Positions 13,890-18,418 of a stretch of 18,418 nt of DNA are shown here, in pieces. The position numbers and the translations under genes are program-made. Position 1 is the stretch's first letter, and each line of letters starts with the position of its first letter. Location of the stretch: the IMG/VR virus record IMGVR_UViG_3300031884_000008; one strand, written 5' to 3'. The DNA is from a virus (lineage: Duplodnaviria > Heunggongvirae > Uroviricota > Caudoviricetes). Under the pieces are notes generated by a model. The model was not told where the DNA came from, ran no database searches, and saw only the letters and a list, made by a program, of their open reading frames with translations.

Positions 13890-15158
13890 ATGGGACGTCC
13901 TCTAAAGATTGCGAAGGCACAAGCAGTCGTAACTATCACAAACACAACTACTACGACCAACGTCGTAACAACTTCAGCAAATTTCACCACGCTAGGTATT
14001 ATTGCAGGTATGCCGTTCGTAACTGCATCTAGCATCGGTGGACTTACTGCCGGAAAGCTATATTGGATTCTTAGCATATTGAATGCAGGAAACAATAGCA
14101 CCTTCACTGTTTCTGCAACACCGCTTAATGCTAATCCAACTAATGCACAAGTTCCACTAAGCACTGCTTCGGGTTCTGTTTCGACTACTGTTGCTCCAGT
14201 TGACATGTATTTCAACAATCCAACCGGATCACAATGGCCTGCAACTAATGCAAACACTTACTCAGTAGTAGGTGGAAATACTGCTCTTTACGGTAATCAA
14301 GTTCTATGTAATGTAGGATTTGGTGTAAACGGCACTGGTACTGAGTTTGCTTCCACGTCAAGCAATGTGGTTGTAGGATTAGGTACTGATTTTGCAAACG
14401 TTGCAACTGGTACTATTCTTTACGCAATTTGGGCTGATGGATCACAACAACTTTTAGGAACTACGACCTCAACTAACGGCAATCTAACGGTAGCTGTTGC
14501 TAACACTACTGCAACAGGTAACGTTATAGGTACTTCAGGTAATGCTCAAACACTTACTGTAAATACTCCGGTGGTATTTGACGCATCCTTCGGTAACCTA
14601 ACTGCAGGTACAACTTACTTTGTCAAAACTATCGCTAACGCAGCAGCATTCACTGTTTCTACTACACCAGGCGGCGCGGTGCAGGCACTAACTTCAAACG
14701 TTAGCGTAACTGGAAATGCAGTTCAAAATCGTGTTGTGTTGAGTGCCGTTTCAGCTAATAACTCAAGTGGTCCAACTGGTTACGGAGACCCATTCGTTCA
14801 GGTTCTTCCAGAAGCAGGATACATTGTGCGTCAAAAGGGCAAGCAAAAGTATTTGGTAAAGGGCACTACAACTGGTATCGTGGGTGCAGCATATACTGCT
14901 AATCTTGCTAATACTGCTCTAACACCAAACACAATGACTATTACTGCAACTTATGCAAATAGTTCAACTGTTAATGTTCAAAGCTTGAGCGATCACACTG
15001 CGGAACTATTCAGTTCCACTTCAGGAACTACTGCTACCGGCAACATCGTTCTAGAAAATGCAAACCCTGCATATGCAACGTTCAATAGTGCAGCGGCAGC
15101 AGACGCAAATACAGCAAATGCTCAACCTTACCCAATCGTGACTATCGGCGCAGCGTAA
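13890..15158 (+). CDS. Thr/Asn/Ala/Gly-rich virion structural protein, 422 aa
   Basis: Strong SD; MGRPLK start; two copies of a G(G/N)LTAG..Y(W/F)(I/V)...FTVS.TP module; GYIVRQKGKQKYLV motif. Confidence 0.7.
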   Translation: MGRPLKIAKAQAVVTITNTTTTTNVVTTSANFTTLGIIAGMPFVTASSIGGLTAGKLYWILSILNAGNNSTFTVSATPLNANPTNAQVPLSTASGSVSTTVAPVDMYFNNPTGSQWPATNANTYSVVGGNTALYGNQVLCNVGFGVNGTGTEFASTSSNVVVGLGTDFANVATGTILYAIWADGSQQLLGTTTSTNGNLTVAVANTTATGNVIGTSGNAQTLTVNTPVVFDASFGNLTAGTTYFVKTIANAAAFTVSTTPGGAVQALTSNVSVTGNAVQNRVVLSAVSANNSSGPTGYGDPFVQVLPEAGYIVRQKGKQKYLVKGTTTGIVGAAYTANLANTALTPNTMTITATYANSSTVNVQSLSDHTAELFSSTSGTTATGNIVLENANPAYATFNSAAAADANTANAQPYPIVTIGAA

Positions 15159-15171
15159 GGCGTAGAATACT

Positions 15172-15492
15172 ATGGCGATTCAAACTTCAGTTGAGCAATT
15201 AAATCAGACCGAAACCGAAGTTGCGGTCCTTCAGGTAAAGTACAAAAACATTGATGAAAAAGTCAGTGATTTGAAAACTGACTTGAAGGACCTTCGCACT
15301 CATATAGATAAGCACATAGAAGATACTCAAACGCTTATTAAAGAATATCAAATTGAAAATGTTAAGGCTCACAAAGAAATGGCAACCAAAATCACCGCTT
15401 TAGAAAAGTGGAAATGGATGATTATGGGAGCAAGTGTACTGGCAGGAGCAATGGGTTGGCCAGTACTGGGCAAATTATTAGGTATGCACTAA
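15172..15492 (+). CDS. coiled-coil protein with C-terminal membrane anchor (XhlA/holin-like)
   Basis: About 75 aa of heptad coiled coil, then LEKWKWMIMGASVLAGAMGWPVLGKLLG. Confidence 0.5.
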   Translation: MAIQTSVEQLNQTETEVAVLQVKYKNIDEKVSDLKTDLKDLRTHIDKHIEDTQTLIKEYQIENVKAHKEMATKITALEKWKWMIMGASVLAGAMGWPVLGKLLGMH

Positions 15493-15900
15493 TTATTTTT
15501 CAAGCGATCTTAGTTTTTCATTAACGATATCAATATTGACAGTAGAAAATAAACCAGGATGTAATGGTTTAGGGTACTGTCCTTCTTTAACCCAAGCATA
15601 TCCCACGTGTTCGTCGTTCAACACCGGAATAAATTCTTCTGTAACTTCACAAAAAAATGTATTATATGTGAATGAGTTATTCACAAATTTTTGAATTGGA
15701 ATGAGCTTCCATAATGGATTAAACATTCCTATTTCTTCAGTACATTCTCGTTGGATCCCTTCATACAGGGTTTCAGTTTTTTCTATTTTTCCGCCCGGTA
15801 TACTCCATGTAGGATTTTTTTGGTCGGCTCTCAATAGATACAGGTATCTATTAGTAGAGGTGCTGTAGAAAAACACACCTGCTGCTTGAATAATTGTCAT
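15493..15900 (-). CDS. Nudix hydrolase
   Basis: Complete Nudix box GKIEKTETLYEGIQRECTEEIGM (Gx5Ex7REUxEExGU), preceded by WSIPG. Confidence 0.92.
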   Translation of the reverse strand: MTIIQAAGVFFYSTSTNRYLYLLRADQKNPTWSIPGGKIEKTETLYEGIQRECTEEIGMFNPLWKLIPIQKFVNNSFTYNTFFCEVTEEFIPVLNDEHVGYAWVKEGQYPKPLHPGLFSTVNIDIVNEKLRSLEK

Positions 15901-15905
15901 ATTGG

Positions 15906-15911
15906 TATTTA
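15906..15911 (-). promoter_or_regulatory. putative late promoter (TAAATA)
   Basis: Minus-strand TAAATA 5 nt before the Nudix ATG at 15900. Confidence 0.55.
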
Positions 15912-15932
15912 ATCTGATATATCGGTGATATA

Positions 15933-17309
15933 TTAAATGACTATCGAATAGTCACCCTGATCATACCAACCCTCCACAGATTTAATCCACATTCCCTGAG
16001 TGTTTACATAACGATACTGAACGTTTGTGGTTAGATTGGTCACAAATTCTACACCAGAAGAAGCTTGGCTATCAAATGCAACAAACCATTGTCCCGTTTC
16101 AGCATCATATTCGATGATGTCATTTGCATTGGCTACTAAATTTCCCCAAGCAATAGTGCTGTCACCGGTATGACCGATATGTTCAACGATTAAATATCTT
16201 TTATTTGTAGTAGGTCCCGGAAGCCCGGCATTAGGACCAGTTAGTAATGGATTGATAACACTATCTACTGGTGGCATTGTGTTTTGAGGTAGTGTATCCG
16301 GATCAATATTATAGATCAAGAATCTGTCATCCGTTGGATTAGGTACGATAGTCCCCACAATGTCATTTTCCATATATGGGTTCTGTAGCCAAATTTGCGA
16401 GATACCCGGCACTACCGTACCGTATACATTTAGTAAACTAGACCAATACAAGTCGGTGTTAGGACTGATTGGTTGTTCAAGGTCTGAATTACTAGGAAAG
16501 AATGCCTCATCTGCCGGAAGAAGTTGCAGTTGATTGCCTATTAATAATAACTTATAGCCATATGGCGTAATTTTTTGTCTAGTACCCAATAGAAGGTCTT
16601 CATCCTGAACATCTTGTAATGCAGTACCTTGATAGATAGATGCTATAATTTTTTGAATGACTCCCATCTTCTTGAGTTTAGCAGCAGTCGAGAGCCAAAC
16701 AGGCATATAGAACTTCCAAGTCATGATGTCGATAGGATTACCTGTACCTTGAGGAATAGAACGACTAGTGAATGTAAGTCCGTCTTGGAACACAGATGAC
16801 AACGAAGTCCAGTCTATAAAGTTATCAGTGCTTTGAATTTCAAGAGCAGGATTGAATAGTGTCCCCAGCTGTTCGATGATTTCTAGTTTCTGCTGATAGT
16901 TGGTAGTCCAAAAGTCAACAGTTATTCTTAGAGTATACGGCACTGGCATCAAGCGCTCAATCGTAAATGCTTGTCCTTGCGTAGTGTCATATGTCTGGGT
17001 TTCTTGATTATATGCACGCTGTCTCACATTCAATCTATCAACAAACGTGGGATCCTGAGTCCACTTTTGATTATACTCTAATCCACTGATATAATATGTA
17101 ATTAGCGGCGCCGTAGGTAGATTGCTCGCACTGTTGTTGGCGATAATGGTAGCAGCTTGTCGGCTACTATCCCCGTACATGACAGGTATTCTAACGATAA
17201 TATTGTTACCGTTAGGATCTTTTCCTTTAGTGACGTTCCAAGAACTAAAAATCTTAGCAAATTGGATTAGATAACGTCGGATTTGATTGTCGTAGAAGAA
17301 TTCAGCCAC
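15933..17309 (-). CDS. gp15: tail completion / sheath terminator protein (T4 gp15-like) with long C-terminal extension
   Basis: FFYDNQIRRYLIQFAKIFS...RIPVMYGD...APLITYYISGLEY...MPVPYTLRITVDFWT...QIIEQ-like LEIIEQLGTLFNP...IMTWKFYMPVWL follows the gp15 pattern; GTG start; downstream of a gp14-like gene. Confidence 0.8.
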   Translation of the reverse strand: MAEFFYDNQIRRYLIQFAKIFSSWNVTKGKDPNGNNIIVRIPVMYGDSSRQAATIIANNSASNLPTAPLITYYISGLEYNQKWTQDPTFVDRLNVRQRAYNQETQTYDTTQGQAFTIERLMPVPYTLRITVDFWTTNYQQKLEIIEQLGTLFNPALEIQSTDNFIDWTSLSSVFQDGLTFTSRSIPQGTGNPIDIMTWKFYMPVWLSTAAKLKKMGVIQKIIASIYQGTALQDVQDEDLLLGTRQKITPYGYKLLLIGNQLQLLPADEAFFPSNSDLEQPISPNTDLYWSSLLNVYGTVVPGISQIWLQNPYMENDIVGTIVPNPTDDRFLIYNIDPDTLPQNTMPPVDSVINPLLTGPNAGLPGPTTNKRYLIVEHIGHTGDSTIAWGNLVANANDIIEYDAETGQWFVAFDSQASSGVEFVTNLTTNVQYRYVNTQGMWIKSVEGWYDQGDYSIVI

Positions 17310-17320
17310 TTAACATCTCA

Positions 17321-18418
17321 TTATTCTGGTGGTGGTACGTCGGGAGTCAATTGTAAAATTGAAGATAGAGGCTGCGCTTCTGGCACACGCTTCCCTTCAT
17401 TATTTACATAAATTTCATTGGTATCATTAATAAAGCTTGACAGCAACGATTGGTTTGCGTTAGATTCGAATCCGGTTTGTGTTCGAACATTTTCGGAGAT
17501 TCTAACCCACATTACTCCGTCCCAACGATATAGAAGTTGCGGTAAGTAGTCGATACGTAAGAAGTATTCCCCGACTTGTGGATTTTGCGGGAACGAAATG
17601 CCGGCGCCAGTCGCTTCACCGTTTGGTGCAGTGCCGTCTCCTATCAAATAACCCATCGTATATCCGAACGATCTAGGTGTAGAACGAGTGATATATTGAT
17701 AACCTGGAATACAGTCTGCACGATAGTCCATGTTTATGGTTATATCGCCGATAAATCCGGTTGCAGTAGGATCCTGGTCTGCTGTAGCATATGTGTTATC
17801 AGCAGTACCGTACGGGCCATACGCCATACCTAAGGATTCAATAGTGAGTAATTTATCTGATTCGACAGATCCTGATCCTCCCGCCGTTCTTTGAGGAGCT
17901 ACCTCCACCACTTGCAATTGTGCCTGAACAAACGAATCTATTTTTTCTATTCCGACCATATCCGCGGTCATGTCCCAAATACTTTGCATTACTTCTTTGG
18001 AAACTTTAATTCCGGCCGCTGCATTTCTATAGCGAGGATCACGTATCATCACGACTGATCCATATGCTACTGGCGTATTATTTAAGTCTACTGCAAGATT
18101 GATAGGCGGAGCAGGTTGGTTAATTTTATCGGACAACGTTCCATTAGACTCATACGTACCATAAGTAGGTACGATATAAAGATTGCTGGTATCGTGTCCT
18201 GATTTTGGAAGCAAGCGCTCTGCTTCCTTTAAAGCGGCATCATTGATTGCAATATTTTTGTTGTACGTTGATAGAATATCTGCCAAACTGCCGTCTGACA
18301 CAACTTCCCAGTATGCTGCATTTGGTGGTGTTGTACCGACGGGAACATCGGTTGTTGATTGATAAACAACACCGCCGTAGGTAACGGTATATCCCGGCGG
18401 ATAGGTTTTAGTAGGATC
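17321..18418 (-). CDS. gp14: neck protein (T4 gp14-like), 5'-truncated
   Basis: Frame is open from the window edge (DPTKTYPPGYTVTYGGVVYQ...) through the GTG at 18301. LADILSTYNKNIAINDAALKEAERLLPKSGHDTSNLY and FPQNPQVGEYFLRIDYLPQLLYRWDG recall large-phage neck proteins; position just upstream of gp15 agrees. The gp14 core lies outside the window. Confidence 0.6.
   Translation of the reverse strand, partial: DPTKTYPPGYTVTYGGVVYQSTTDVPVGTTPPNAAYWEVVSDGSLADILSTYNKNIAINDAALKEAERLLPKSGHDTSNLYIVPTYGTYESNGTLSDKINQPAPPINLAVDLNNTPVAYGSVVMIRDPRYRNAAAGIKVSKEVMQSIWDMTADMVGIEKIDSFVQAQLQVVEVAPQRTAGGSGSVESDKLLTIESLGMAYGPYGTADNTYATADQDPTATGFIGDITINMDYRADCIPGYQYITRSTPRSFGYTMGYLIGDGTAPNGEATGAGISFPQNPQVGEYFLRIDYLPQLLYRWDGVMWVRISENVRTQTGFESNANQSLLSSFINDTNEIYVNNEGKRVPEAQPLSSILQLTPDVPPPE

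Noticed and set aside
15917-15933. ATATATC-GGT-GATATAT hairpin as gp15 terminator
   Set aside because: AT-rich 7-bp stem with no U-tract on the minus strand.
511-17833. Short overlapping or antisense ORFs in the track (e.g. 511..711, 1345..1626, 5901..6194, 8221..8484, 9265..9627, 13835..14257, 17576..17833)
   Set aside because: They shadow well-supported genes, lack SD or promoter support and have no recognisable motifs.
1-18418. Stop-codon reassignment
   Set aside because: Conserved genes are full length in the standard code, and TAG (1909, 11618) and TGA (909, 1415, 5846, 7170) end genes exactly where the next gene or gap begins.
1-18418. tRNA, rRNA or self-splicing intron
   Set aside because: All intergenic gaps are about 110 nt or less with no cloverleaf or CCA end, and primase, helicase and other conserved genes are uninterrupted.

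Overview
An 18.4-kb, AT-rich, very densely coded fragment of a large T4-like (myovirus, probably jumbo) phage genome, read in the standard bacterial code. Left to right: a 5'-truncated HNH endonuclease; a coupled accessory operon (hypothetical, MazG-like pyrophosphohydrolase, small membrane protein, peptide deformylase); DNA primase and DnaB/gp41 helicase; a block of uncharacterised, probably head-associated proteins, one carrying ATP-dependent ligase-type nucleotidyltransferase motifs; a PD-(D/E)XK exonuclease; a tail fibre with a self-cleaving chaperone-like C-terminus; a Thr/Asn-rich structural protein; a holin-like protein; then on the minus strand a Nudix hydrolase, a gp15-like tail terminator and a 5'-truncated gp14-like neck protein. 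Nine TAAATA late-promoter-like motifs sit in the short intergenic gaps. Two sigma70-type promoters place the predicted +1 exactly on the ATG, implying leaderless mRNAs. Several late leaders fold into hairpins that start inside the promoter motif. No tRNA, rRNA, CRISPR array or DGR is supported. All family assignments come from motif reading and memory, not database searches.
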